From positions 365,124 to 385,123 of the forward strand of contig BAAIJX010000021.1 in the NCBI GenBank assembly GCA_054600435.1: DNA of 20,000 bases, given 5' to 3'. The position numbers and the translations under genes were made by a program. Shown here one piece after another: positions 1 through 10,787 of this stretch (position 1 is the first letter of the stretch; every line of letters starts with the position of its first letter). The notes below the pieces were generated by a model that saw only the letters and a list, made by a program, of their open reading frames with translations, had not been told where the DNA came from and searched no databases. The DNA is from Neophaeotheca triangularis (taxonomy: Eukaryota).

Positions 1-247
1 AGCTGCGCAAAAGAGGCCCGCTCCATTAGCGAGACCTCGCACGTAGTAGTGAATTGCACGCTGCCATTTCCGCTGAAACCTCGCTTCAAAACGCTCGTGC
101 TGACGCACAGTATGCTCCCATCTTTGCCGCTCCATAACGCCCATCCTTGTAAACAACCTGCTCCCCCTCTTCGCTAAAACGCTCACAGCAACGCCGTGAC
201 CCATCCCGAATAGACTGTATTCCCCATCTCGAGCCTGCTCCTCTCCC

Positions 248-1894
248 TCAGCTCTCAGAGCTTTCGCCGTTAGCAAGATCGTCATCAATTGGAAAACCAA
301 ACATATCATACTCGGGGTATTCATCTAACTCCGAGTCGTAGGAATCCTCATCACTCTCGCCAAACTCATTACTGAAACCATCCTCGTCAAGGCCATCCAT
401 CCCATCTTCCAAACCGGACAAACCGGAGTCATCGCCATCGAGCTCTCTCAGCATAACAGGGTCGACGACTCGCTCGCCCAAATCTTTGAGCCATTCTTTC
501 GCAGACGTGTGGGTTTCGGAGGCTTTGAACTTGCTCGTGCGGATGGAGAGTTGGGTGATGTCTTCGATGTTTTCGCGGGCGGAAGCTTTGAAGTATACGG
601 GGTCGCAATCGAGACGCTCGGTCGGCTCCTCTTCTCCTATGAAGCCTATCATGATGGACTGGAGTGGGGCGTTGTCGGGCAAAGTGACTGCGAAGGTTGG
701 GAGTAAGGACGCCCAGAGCGAGGATGTGTCGTGCGGTTGCGGGCTGTAGTTGCGCAAGAGGGTGAGCTTCCAGAGGGAGAGAGCCTTCAGCTTGGGGCCG
801 AATTTGACAAGCAGATCGAGCAGAGTCGGCATAACCACTTGAGCCATGCCAATCTCCAAGGTGGCCAAGTTGGACAGAGGGGGTGGGTGTAGAAGACGAT
901 CGGTTCGGTTCTTGGAGACGCTCTTCTTGCCAAGCCAGTGAAGCACCGGGTTGCAGAAGAATTGAACTTGGACAAAGTTGATGCGAAGTGTCTCTAAGTT
1001 CGAAGTTTGATGAAGCAATTGCTTGAGCGGTGCATCTATGGGGTCACTCTCGCTGCTAGGAAGGTGAGGAGCTCCATGCCCAGTGTCCATTATCAACCCC
1101 AATGTGAGCATCAGAGTCTTCAGACCGGATATTACCGGCTTGACAATTTCCGCCATGAAACCGCTTTGTAGGACCTCAAGCGATTCCGGAATAAGGTGGC
1201 AGTTTCGCAAGAAGACTTCGATATTGTCCAGTCGCACGTTAGCCTTGCCAAGAGCGAACATGATCAGGGGTAAGGCGGTTGACGGTGGTAGCCTGTTATA
1301 GGATAGGACTCTAGTGTCGATGTCATTTTGTTGAGCTTGCTGTTGTGGCGTTGGCGATGATTGCCGGGGAGACGAGAGCGTCGGGTATATCGACGTCCAA
1401 CCATAGCTCTTCCACAAAGCCGTCTCGCCGTCACGGAATCGGCCTCGAGCGTTGTAGTCTCGCAGACCTATGGTGCGGAGGTTTGGGAGGTTCGAGAAGG
1501 CTTCGACGAGCATATCGCTGGCACGACCCGAGTCGATCAACGCTTGCGAATACATTCTGCGGACTACAGTATTCGTATCGTTGATATCGAGATGGACTGC
1601 AGCATTGTTGAATTTCTCAAGGCTGATGATGACTTCAGAGAGTCTTTTCGACAAGACGGCGTGCTTCGAGATGTCGACGAGCGCTTGAAGCGATACTTCT
1701 TCGATTGCGAACTGGCGTTTAGTGAAAAACTCCCGCGCAAATGAGTCGAAGACTGCCTTTTCAATCGTTTGGCAGGTGAGTCGGAAGCATCCAAGTCTTG
1801 CGGTGGACAAATGGCTCGCCACACTGACCAGTAGCTCAGGGGGGAGTTCCAGGATTTTGGCGACGGGCGCCTCGGCGGCGGTCGTTGGTGCCAT
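248..1894 (-). CDS. F-box domain-containing protein (548 aa, single exon, acidic C-terminal tail)
   Basis: Long uninterrupted ORF; first ATG at 1894 (the ORF track extends to a GTG at 1981). N-terminal ILELPPELLVSVASHLSTARLGCFRLTCQTI matches the F-box consensus (L..LP.E.L..I...L....L..LRL.C). LRR-like segments follow (LPNLRTIGL, LETLRINF, LKALSLWKL), then a D/E-rich tail. Confidence 0.8.
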   Translation of the reverse strand: MAPTTAAEAPVAKILELPPELLVSVASHLSTARLGCFRLTCQTIEKAVFDSFAREFFTKRQFAIEEVSLQALVDISKHAVLSKRLSEVIISLEKFNNAAVHLDINDTNTVVRRMYSQALIDSGRASDMLVEAFSNLPNLRTIGLRDYNARGRFRDGETALWKSYGWTSIYPTLSSPRQSSPTPQQQAQQNDIDTRVLSYNRLPPSTALPLIMFALGKANVRLDNIEVFLRNCHLIPESLEVLQSGFMAEIVKPVISGLKTLMLTLGLIMDTGHGAPHLPSSESDPIDAPLKQLLHQTSNLETLRINFVQVQFFCNPVLHWLGKKSVSKNRTDRLLHPPPLSNLATLEIGMAQVVMPTLLDLLVKFGPKLKALSLWKLTLLRNYSPQPHDTSSLWASLLPTFAVTLPDNAPLQSIMIGFIGEEEPTERLDCDPVYFKASARENIEDITQLSIRTSKFKASETHTSAKEWLKDLGERVVDPVMLRELDGDDSGLSGLEDGMDGLDEDGFSNEFGESDEDSYDSELDEYPEYDMFGFPIDDDLANGESSES

Positions 1895-2020
1895 GCTGGC
1901 TGAGAATGTGTAGATTATGCGAGATACTGTTTTGTGGTCAGTTCTGGAGGAAGCGAAGAAGTAAACGAGTATGTACCTCACACTTATGTACGCTAGTGAA
2001 GGTTAAGGTCTTCAGCTTTG

Positions 2021-2263
2021 CGCGATCGGTTTGACTCTGAAGCCTCGTCCAGTGAAGGCTGTTTAGGAGATTTGCACTCAGAGTATGACGCGCAGGCGGA
2101 TTGAAGACGTCGCGCCGCGATGCGCGAAGGTGAAGTGAAGGAGAAGGAGAAGGAGAGGGTACTTGTTGCAGAGGTCAAGTCAAGATATCTACAGCCTTTA
2201 CATGAGATGTCTGCACGTGCCCCGGCGCACTAGCGCGTATTGCTGCCTAGGCAGCCAGCCAAT
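2021..2263. promoter_or_regulatory. Divergent F-box/PARP promoter with a cluster of CGCG (MCB/SCB-like) cores and a CCAAT box
   Basis: CGCG at 2021, 2089, 2111, 2116, 2123 and 2234; GCCAATCAG with CCAAT at 2259-2263; lies between the head-to-head ATGs at 1894 and 2451. Confidence 0.4.
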
Positions 2264-2450
2264 CAGAAGCAGCCGTTGGTGGGGCTTGGTGCCTGCGAGT
2301 GCCTGCTCTTTTAAGTGCACTGGGTTGGTCTCAGGTAGGTACTGTATTAAGTATCAAGGCGGGTACTAACCGACTTCACCCTTCCTTCAATACATACTGT
2401 GCCCATTCGACTTCGACTACACGCTTCGCAAGACAGCCAAGAGACGCACA

Positions 2451-4404
2451 ATGGCCGAATACTCCAAGTTGAAGGTGGCTGATTTGAAACAGCTTCTCGT
2501 CAAGCGTGGTGTTGAGGCCGACGGGACGAGAAAGCAGCAAATGATCGATGCCCTGATCTCTGATGACAACGATGCTGGTATCGACACCAATGCAGATGCG
2601 CAAGACAGCAACAGCGGTAGACCCGGAAAGAAGAGAGCTGCTTCTTCTGCCTTTGACATCCCCGACTCCAAGCAACCCAAACTCGAAAGCAACAGCGTAG
2701 CCCAGTACGTCAACTCTTCGGCCCGTGTCCCGGTCGACGAGAATTGCCATCTCGGCGGGTACCAAGTCTACATTGACCCGTCGAACATAGTGTGGGACGC
2801 GGCACTCAATCAGACCAACGCATCCAACAACAACAACAAGTTCTACCGCATCCAAGTCCTGCACAAAGGCAACGACTTTCGGACCTGGACTCGCTGGGGC
2901 AGGGTTGCTGAGAATGGCCAATCGGCCACTCTGGGCAACGGCAAGCTTGACGATGCATTGAAGAACTTTGAAGACAAGTTCAAGTCCAAGACCGGCCTCA
3001 AATGGGCTGACAGGGGATCGGATCCAAAGTCAGGGAAGTACGTGTTCGTGGAGAAGAATTGTGAGTGAAGTCTTCCAGCCTACCTGACCCAACTGTAGGC
3101 TGATTCTCACATAAAAGATGACGATGACGATGACGAGCCTCAAGCAACTGCCGGCGCTGGTGCCCGTCCCGGATGGAAGGCTCCAAAATGCAGTCTGGAA
3201 CCAGAGGTCAAGAGCCTGATGGAACTCATTTTCAACCAAAAGTACTTCGCTGCGGCCATGGTCGACCTCAACTACGACGCAGCCAAGCTGCCACTAGGAA
3301 AACTCAGCAAAGCCACCATCACCCGGGGCTTCCAAGCTTTGAAAGATCTTTCTGCCATTCTTGACGACCCTTCCCTCGTAGCCACCAGTTACGGCATGCC
3401 GGTTGGCGACGCTATCGAGGACCTGTCAAACTTGTACTACTCGCTCATACCCCACGCGTTCGGGCGCAACCGACCTCCGGTCATCCAGTATTCCGAGCAG
3501 CTCAAGGGCGAGGTGGATCTGCTGGAGAGCCTGAGCGATCTCAAAGCCGCAGACGACATCATCAAAGCCGACAAAGGCGACGTCGAAGAGGTCCATCCAC
3601 TGGACCACCGCTTCAAAGGTTTGGGCATGCGTGAGATGACGCCAGTCTCCCCGCTCAGCGACGAGTTCTCCGAGCTCAGCAATTACCTCACGAAGACTTG
3701 CGGCTCGACCCATAGCGTCAACTACCAAGTGCAGGACATCTTCCGTATCGAGCGGGAGGGTGAGGTCGATCGCTTCCAGAAGAGTGGGTTCGCTGAGATC
3801 AAGAGCGACAGGCGTCTGTTGTGGCACGGTTCTCGAGCAACCAATTACGGTGGTATACTTGGACAGGGGCTTCGCATCGCTCCACCTGAGGCTCCCGTGT
3901 CTGGCTACATGTTTGGCAAGGTAAGCAATGGCCCACGTAGCGGCTGCTTCTTTGATGCTAACAGACCCGCAGGGCATCTACCTCGCTGATATGAGCTCCA
4001 AGAGTGCCAACTACTGCTGCTCCTACGCCTCGGGCGGCACAGCACTGCTTCTCCTTTGCGAAGCTGAGCTCGGCGCGCCAATGCAGCAGCTGTTGCACGC
4101 AGACCCGGGCGCAGGCGAGGAAGCCAAGAAGAAGGGCTTGTACTCAACTTGGGGACAAGGTGAGGTCGGGCCACAGGGTTGGAAGGACGCAGGCGCGGTT
4201 CATCCGTCATTGGCGGGTGTGCAGATGGTAAACTCCTTCGCTACCTTTACACTCGTTTTGATCAATGCTAAACTTCCCTTACAGCCAGACACGACCAAGC
4301 CACCCTGCGACACGGAGGTAGATGCGTATCTCCAGTACAATGAGTACATCTGCTACGACGTCGCTCAGGTTCGCCTTCGCTACCTGCTGCGTGTGAAGAT
4401 GTGA
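2451..4404 (+). CDS. PARP: Poly(ADP-ribose) polymerase (SAP + WGR + PARP regulatory + catalytic domains), about 595 aa, 4 exons
   Basis: Exons 2451-3060, 3118-3920, 3973-4227, 4285-4404 (introns GTGAGT..AAG, GTAAGC..CAG, GTAAAC..CAG) join in frame. WGR domain: NNNKFYRIQVL...TWTRWGRV. Regulatory domain: LPLGKLSK, YYSLIPHAFGR. Catalytic motifs: RLLWHGSR, GYMFGK|GIYLADMSSKSANY, LQYNEYICYDVAQVRLRYL, giving an intact H-Y-E triad. Confidence 0.96.
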
Positions 4405-4808
4405 GCGGGCGTCAAGTCAATGGGGTAGATGTTTGCGTTGCTTGACGGCCACCCGGGAGACATCTGGACTGCGATTCGAAACCGAGTGGCGCATCGGACG
4501 ATTGTGAATCGCTGGATGCGACGGTTGAGAGGTGCCATGAGGCTCCATTAGCGCGAGGTCTTAGCCTGCAATGAGATAGCTGTATGCAAAGACCTGAACC
4601 CTTTTCAGAATGCAGGTGGAGGGTGATAGTAAGGATGGATCATCGTCTGCAAGACGTAAGGTAACGTACAACAAAACAAGTTTACCACGAAATCGATAAG
4701 TATCCGCCTTGGCACGGCAGGGCATCCATTAGGTTGGTCGTAGCTTCACTCGATGGCGTGGCGCGGGATTCGATCAACTTGGCAGTCGGGAGCGCCTGGG
4801 GCTGCCCC

Positions 4809-4871
4809 AATAATAATAATGTCGGGTGCCAAAACCAAATGCTTTACGACGTCAATAATGATAATAATAAT
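4809..4871. repeat. Two short (AAT)n microsatellite tracts
   Basis: aataataataat at about 4809-4820 and aataatgataataataat at about 4854-4871, in otherwise GC-balanced intergenic DNA. Confidence 0.6.
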
Positions 4872-4996
4872 ACTAGTTAGTACGATCAAAGTCGCTGCTA
4901 ACGTCAAATGTACTTTAGTGGCGCCGACTTTAACCTTCCGACTACTGCCTCCTACCTTTCTTCTTCACTTCTTCACTTCTAAACCTCCTTCCCGGC

Positions 4997-6502
4997 ATGA
5001 TTAGGCTACCGCCTGTACTTCGACCTCGATGGACGATTAGATACCTACTTTGCTCGGCTTTGGCACTGTACTTTGCCTACTGCACCCTGTTCGGAATGCG
5101 CTACTTCAGCAGCGACTTGCCACCTTACACTGGCGAATACGATGTCGGTGTTGTCGATATCGAAGCTCCCTGCGAGCCAAGGCAGATCGGCAAAGGCGTC
5201 TTGAAGGAATCGGGAGAGCCAGCCCTACAGCTTGAGACTGTCCTCTTTTCGCTGTATTATCCTTCGGTTGAAGGAGCTCGGTCGGACCAGGCACACCACA
5301 CGTGGATCCCGAAACCCGTCGGCTTGCATGGAGAAGGGTACGCCAGGTTCATTCACGCAAACAACTGGTTCACCAATAGCGTCTTTACTTTCGGACTGTG
5401 GGCTTTGGCGGGTGGCAATGCCATCCCGGCCAAAGTCGATGTTCCTATACACGGCACCGCAAGGCCTTCTCATGAATCTCGTGGCCTAGCAGAGCAGCCT
5501 GATGACGATTATGGCCTGCCCGCGTTTCCCGTCATCGTCTTCTCACATGGCATGGCTTCTAGCAGAACCAGCTACACACAGTGGTGCGGCGAGCTTGCGT
5601 CTCGTGGATTTGTCGTAGCTGCAATTGAGCACAGAGACGGGAGTGGACCGGGCTCAATCATGATGAAATCGGACGGTACCGTCAAGAACATATACCACGT
5701 GAGCCCAGACGATGTGGATCCTGCGCCAGAGGTGTCGGCCTTCAAGCAGATGCAGCTCGACATGCGTCAGGCCGAGGTTGAAGAGACGGTGCGAGTCTTG
5801 CGATCTATCAATGCAGGAGACGGTGCGGCGATCTTTGAGTCGAGCCCTCGCAAGGAGGGCCGGGATCTACAGGACTGGACGAATCGCCTTAATATGGATC
5901 ACGTTGTGGTTGCCGGCCACTCTTACGGCGCGACATTGGCGCTGCAGGCCTTGAAGGGCTCACCATCAGACGAGCGTCCCTTTAAAGGCGGGATCATTCT
6001 CGACCCAGGAAAGCAATCCGGCCCACTGAACCACGACATCGACGTGCCAGTGGCTATAGTGCACTCAGAGTCTTGGTCCAGCAAACACTCCATCTTCCAA
6101 GGCCGCGCGCACTTCGAGGTGGTCAAGGAGCTCACAGAAGGTGTTCTAGAACGCGTCAAGTACGCATGGTTCGTGACCTCGAAAGGCACCTCGCATCCTT
6201 CGGTCACCGACGCACCTCTGATTGAGCCATTCCTACTATCATGGACGACTGGAGCCTCGATCGACGTCAAAGACGGGATCTCGCAGTACGTCAAGATCGC
6301 GCAAGAGTTCATGCAGTACCTGGACGACGGACACAGAAGAGGCATCTTGGCCGAGGAGGTCACGCATCCGGAGTACAATAAGCAGGAGAGGGAGGACGTG
6401 CCCAAGTCAATCTCCAAGTTCTGGCAGATTCACGTTGCGCCTACTACATTTTGCCCTTACCCGGGACTGTGTGGGGTGGAGAAGGAAGAGGACAAGAAAT
6501 GA
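4997..6502 (+). CDS. Platelet-activating factor acetylhydrolase (PAF-AH/Lp-PLA2) family lipase, 501 aa, N-terminal membrane anchor
   Basis: Single ORF with LPPYTGEYDVG, LYYP, FPVIVFSHGMASSRTSYTQWCGELASRGFVVAAIEHRDGS, nucleophile elbow GHSYG, catalytic Asp in IILDP and His in TSHPSVTD. Hydrophobic stretch YLLCSALALYFAYCTLFG near the N-terminus. Confidence 0.9.
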   Translation: MIRLPPVLRPRWTIRYLLCSALALYFAYCTLFGMRYFSSDLPPYTGEYDVGVVDIEAPCEPRQIGKGVLKESGEPALQLETVLFSLYYPSVEGARSDQAHHTWIPKPVGLHGEGYARFIHANNWFTNSVFTFGLWALAGGNAIPAKVDVPIHGTARPSHESRGLAEQPDDDYGLPAFPVIVFSHGMASSRTSYTQWCGELASRGFVVAAIEHRDGSGPGSIMMKSDGTVKNIYHVSPDDVDPAPEVSAFKQMQLDMRQAEVEETVRVLRSINAGDGAAIFESSPRKEGRDLQDWTNRLNMDHVVVAGHSYGATLALQALKGSPSDERPFKGGIILDPGKQSGPLNHDIDVPVAIVHSESWSSKHSIFQGRAHFEVVKELTEGVLERVKYAWFVTSKGTSHPSVTDAPLIEPFLLSWTTGASIDVKDGISQYVKIAQEFMQYLDDGHRRGILAEEVTHPEYNKQEREDVPKSISKFWQIHVAPTTFCPYPGLCGVEKEEDKK

Positions 6503-7321
6503 AGCTGAGATTGCGTGGCTTAGACACGCTGTTTGGTCATAACGATACATCACGACGGAGCTACGATGCAGACAGGCCAATTCTTCAGAAAGCCAGTATA
6601 CTGTACGTAGTCCTCAATACGGGCCAGAGCCAGCTCCTTCGGTGACCCCGTGCAGGGGGGCATCAAAGCTGAACTCGACAGGCCATATACCCAGAGCTTG
6701 GCGCAACCCATCCAAAGCGCTTACGGTTCTAGGTCGAAGAGATTCCGTATGAAGAACTTCACGAACATAGATACTACGCTGTACAAACGAACGGCTGTAC
6801 TCGAATTCCAAGAAGCCACTTCATTTCAGGAAGACTCGCTGCTTAATCCGAACCCTCTCATCGAACAACCTAATGCACAGTTTTTTGCATTACTCCTGTG
6901 TGCGACCGCACTCTTACATTACTGTAGGCACTTGAAAGAGCTGTACTTGAGAAGAGAGAATGGCTCACTCAGCACTACCAAGCTTACGAATTCACCGGAA
7001 TCCTGCACCGGGGCAGACCAGCTATCGAGGGTGTAAGGTTAGTTTGCGGGGGACTAAAAGCTGGTGGCCTTATGTATCTCCTATACAGAACTAGCTGCAG
7101 CTTTCACAAAACCAAGGCGGACTTAAGCAGTGGGGTTGAAGCCGGGGGCCTGAAGTGATCGGTAATCTACGCTTGGGCTTACCACGTGAATAGCCACCAT
7201 ACCGTTATGAAAAGTATGACCTCTCCCATCCACCCACCCCAGTCCTCACTCCGGGACTTCAACAGCATACAAGTGCTTCAGCAACGTCTTGAATTCGTAG
7301 AAAAAGGCAACACTCAATAAA

Positions 7322-8497
7322 ATGACGGGCAACGACGCTTCCTTGCCCGGGCGTCTGGGAGATCCCAGCATGAGCCCAGCAACAGACCCTCGCGCAAACC
7401 CCAAGTGGGTCGCGGCCCTTGCTCCCTACGGATTGGATGAACTCGCACCAACATCCAAGCAAGTCCCCGACGTCGGCGCGGCGTTCGAGATGAGTGCTCT
7501 GTCCGAAGTCCTCGCCGTACAAAACGCCGCTTTCGGGGGCTTGTACGAAAGCCTGCCGAACGACCTCCCCGACGAAGACGACGAGCCCGAAATCAGCCGG
7601 GAAGAAATCAAAATCCCCGGCGTCGACGGCAACGAAATCATCCTGCACGTCTTCAGGCCCAAAGCGGCATCCGGGCCTCTGCCTTGCGTGCTCTACATCC
7701 ACGGAGGCGGTAACCTTTCCCCCCCCCCGCCATCGCACTCAACCATCCAACCAGACTAACACCAAAACCCCCCAGGCATGACCCTCCTCGACACAACCAA
7801 CAAAGTCCACATGCGCTGGACCAAAAACTTCGCCGCGGCGGGCCTAATCGGCATCGCCGTCGATTTCCGCAACGCCTGGACACCGCACGGCTACAACCAC
7901 TACCCCCACGGCCTCAACGACTGCTGCACCGCGGTGCGGCACCTGCACGCCCACGCCCGAGACCTCGGCATCAGCAAAATCGTCATCCAAGGCGAAAGCG
8001 GCGGCGCGAACCTCTCGCTAGCCACGGCGCTCAAGGCCAGGCGCGAAAACTGGAGCTCCCACATCGCCGGCGTCTACGCGAGCGTGCCCTTCATCAGCGG
8101 CGGCTACAACGTCTGGGACGCCGGGCGCAAACGCGCCGAATTGCCTAGCCTGCTCGAGAATGACGGCTACGTGCTGAATGTGCGGAACATGGCCGCGTGC
8201 GTGGAGGCGTACACGCCGCGGAGGGAGGAGCGGGAGGATGCGCTGGCGTGGCCGTATTTTGCGACTTTGGAGGATTTGAAGGGTCTGCCGCCCCATGTCG
8301 TTGCTGTGGATGAGTTGGATCCTTTAAGGGATGAGGGCGTCGCTTATTATCGGAAACTTGTCGCTGCTGGGGTGGAGGCTACCGGGCAGGTGAACTTGGG
8401 CGTTCCGCATGGTTCGAGTTTGATTTTTCGCAAAGCTATGCCTGAAGTGCATTTGAAGGCTGTTAGGGAGATTGTGGCGTTTGCGAAGAGTCTTTGA
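7322..8497 (+). CDS. HSL-family (alpha/beta hydrolase fold-3) esterase, brefeldin A esterase-like, 369 aa, 2 exons
   Basis: Exons 7322-7709 and 7776-8497. Intron 7710-7775 (GTAACC...ACTAAC...CAG); splicing restores the oxyanion motif HGGGM. Catalytic GESGG, ELDPLRDEG and VPHG motifs present. Confidence 0.93.
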
Positions 8498-8778
8498 GCG
8501 GTAGATTGTGTAGTCTTATTTCCGTCTCGGGTTTTTGCCGTCTTGATTGAGTTGTTTCATTGCGATCAGTTTCTGGCCTCGTTTCGAACGATCGCGGCTG
8601 TATTCATCTCTTCTCTTAATCCTCTTAGCTCGGAGGCATGAGCGACTTGTCACCACTTCCCGGCTGATAGAAACACAAAGGCGAATGCCCATAAATCGTC
8701 ACATGTGCATTAAAAAGGGGTATATAAACAGCGCTCGCTAACCGATCAAATCATCTCGTAAACATCAAAACAGTCACA

Positions 8779-10647
8779 TCAAACGTAATGCGCCTTGTTC
8801 GCGCTCCCCTCGCTCTGCTGCACCTCGACGCTGTTCTTCTCGACAGTCTCGTCAAATACATCGACAGTAGTCTTATGAAACTTTCTAGCGCTGATCTTGC
8901 GCTCGAAGAGAACATCGAGCTCGGCGAAAGTGCGGCCTTTGGGCTCCGGGATGCGGAAATAGCAGTAGATGAGACAGCAAAAGGCTAGACCTGCCCAGAA
9001 GAAACCGGCGCTGGAAGGTGTAAGTTTCTCGTTCTTTTCATGATGGGGACGATAAGAGATGGTTGGACTTACAAGTTACCCCAGTTCCATGCAGTTGGGT
9101 TGAGCATGTAGGGAGTGACGACAGCAGTGATGATACCGACAACGTTGTAAAGGTTGCGGCCCAGGACGACAGTCTTGACTTGGAGCCGTCTCGACGACAT
9201 CTCGGCGACGAGCGAGTAAGCGACAGTACCGACAGTGAGTTGGTAGACCAGGGCCCAGCCAATCATCATGCTGCCGGTAGCGAGAGCCGATTCTGTACGC
9301 TCGCTCTCCGGTGTAAGACCAAGGAAGCCCATGACGAAGAGCATGACGCAGAGACCAGCAAGACCGTACATGTAAAGTGTTCGGCGGCCGATACCGAAGC
9401 TCATTAGTGCCCAAGCTCCGAGCACACCGACCATATTGATCGAGTATTGGCCTAATGCAAAGTCGTAAGAGGTTTCGGTCGGTAGGCCAGCCTGTTGAAG
9501 GAAATACGTGCTGTAGTTGGAGAAACTGTTGCCGGAAAGATTCTGAATCGCCCACACCATGCACACAATTTCCGTCCTTCTCCGGTCTGTACCCTTGAAG
9601 CAGTCCAGGTACGAGGAGCCAGAGGTGATCTTCTCCTCGAGCTGGGTAGTGTGTTGCATCATAGAAATGGTCTCATCGGCGTTAAAGTTGGTGTCTCGGT
9701 TGAGACTGGTTAGTCGGAGGAGTGACTTCTTTGCCTGCTCGACCTTGCGCTTGCGGATGAGCCACCAAGGCGACTCGGGTGCGAGATAGATTCCAATGAT
9801 GAGCGGTACTGGCCACATCCATTGCAGGGCGAAGGGGATTCTGTAGGCCCACTCGCTTGTTCCTCGAGGCAACATGGCTCGGATGACCCCAATACCAATT
9901 AATTGACCCATTCCCCAGCAAGCATTGATATATGTCGTCAGGTAACCACGGAGTGCGACGGGGCAGACCTCGGAGGCATAGCTGATTGTCAAGGTTTGGA
10001 AGATACCCCATGGAATGCCAGCTATGATTTCGGCGACGAGAAGTTGCTCTACAGTTTCTGCGGTGAAAAAGACGGCGGTGATGGCGATGATTAATGTCAA
10101 GCTGACCATGAGAACGTTGCGATATCCGAACTTCTCAGAAGCCCAACCGTTGATGAAGAGACCGATTATTTCACCGACTGAATGGAAGTGTCAATAGAGA
10201 CTCCTGACCCTGTGGTCTTGTGAAATTGTCGACTTACCCATGACACCGTTGCTGAGCCCAGCTTGCCATGCTGCAGTAAGCTCGTATGGATTCTCAGGAT
10301 CGCCTGTGGGTTCACCAAACTGCCGTTGGAAGGCTGGGAAGCCATAGAAGCTGCGCCGAATATCAGTATGATGCGTCAGCCTGCTGAAGAGGAGCTTCCA
10401 CATACTTGTTGAGCAACGAAACATCGTAACCCTCCATGATAATACAGGTGCTGATCAGGAACGACCACCCGACCGCCTTTGGGTAGAGCTTGATACCCTG
10501 CAGCAAGGTCATATTCTGCTCTTTCTCGGTTGCAGCTCGTGCGTTTGCGACCAGTTGCCTATTGATCTCCGCTTCGCTCAACTTGTCGACATCGGGAAGG
10601 GTTACGGGGTCCGAAGAGGTACCCGCTTGTGGCTTTTCGTCGGCCAT
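8779..10647 (-). CDS. MFS sugar porter, maltose/general alpha-glucoside:H+ symporter (Mal31/Agt1/MalP-like), 563 aa, 4 exons
   Basis: Exons 10647-10406, 10350-10238, 10177-9073, 9010-8779, with GTATGT/GTAAGT/GTAAGT donors and CAG acceptors, all in frame. Family motifs: EQNMTLLQGIKLYPKAVGWS, IMEGYD, YASEVCPVALRGYLTTY, APESPWWL, SYLDCFKGTDRRRTEI, MLNPTAWNWG, PEPKGRTFAELDVLF. Start context GCCACCATGG. Confidence 0.95.
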
Positions 10648-10787
10648 GGTGGCGAGAGGAGTGCGATGGCTTTCAGCGTAGTGAATGGAGAAAACCGATG
10701 TGGGTTGTCGGCTTGAAGTGATGAAAGGTGGATGCAGGTGGGGAGGAAAGAAATGTTGAAGAGAAGCGAGCGCAGTCCTTACCTACC

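Noticed and set aside
1895..1981. N-terminal extension of the F-box ORF to a GTG
   Set aside because: Eukaryotic gene; the first ATG (1894) sits just before the F-box motif.
4876..4918. Possible 5' UTR intron (GTTAGT/GTACGA...GCTAAC...TAG) or RIP-mutated relic upstream of the PAF-AH gene
   Set aside because: Only 39-43 nt and upstream of the CT-rich tract where transcription likely starts. The TA excess is largely explained by AAT repeats, and no transposon remnant is recognisable.
6650..7036. 128-aa ORF between the two hydrolases
   Set aside because: GTG start, no recognisable motif, no coding-like composition; treated as intergenic.
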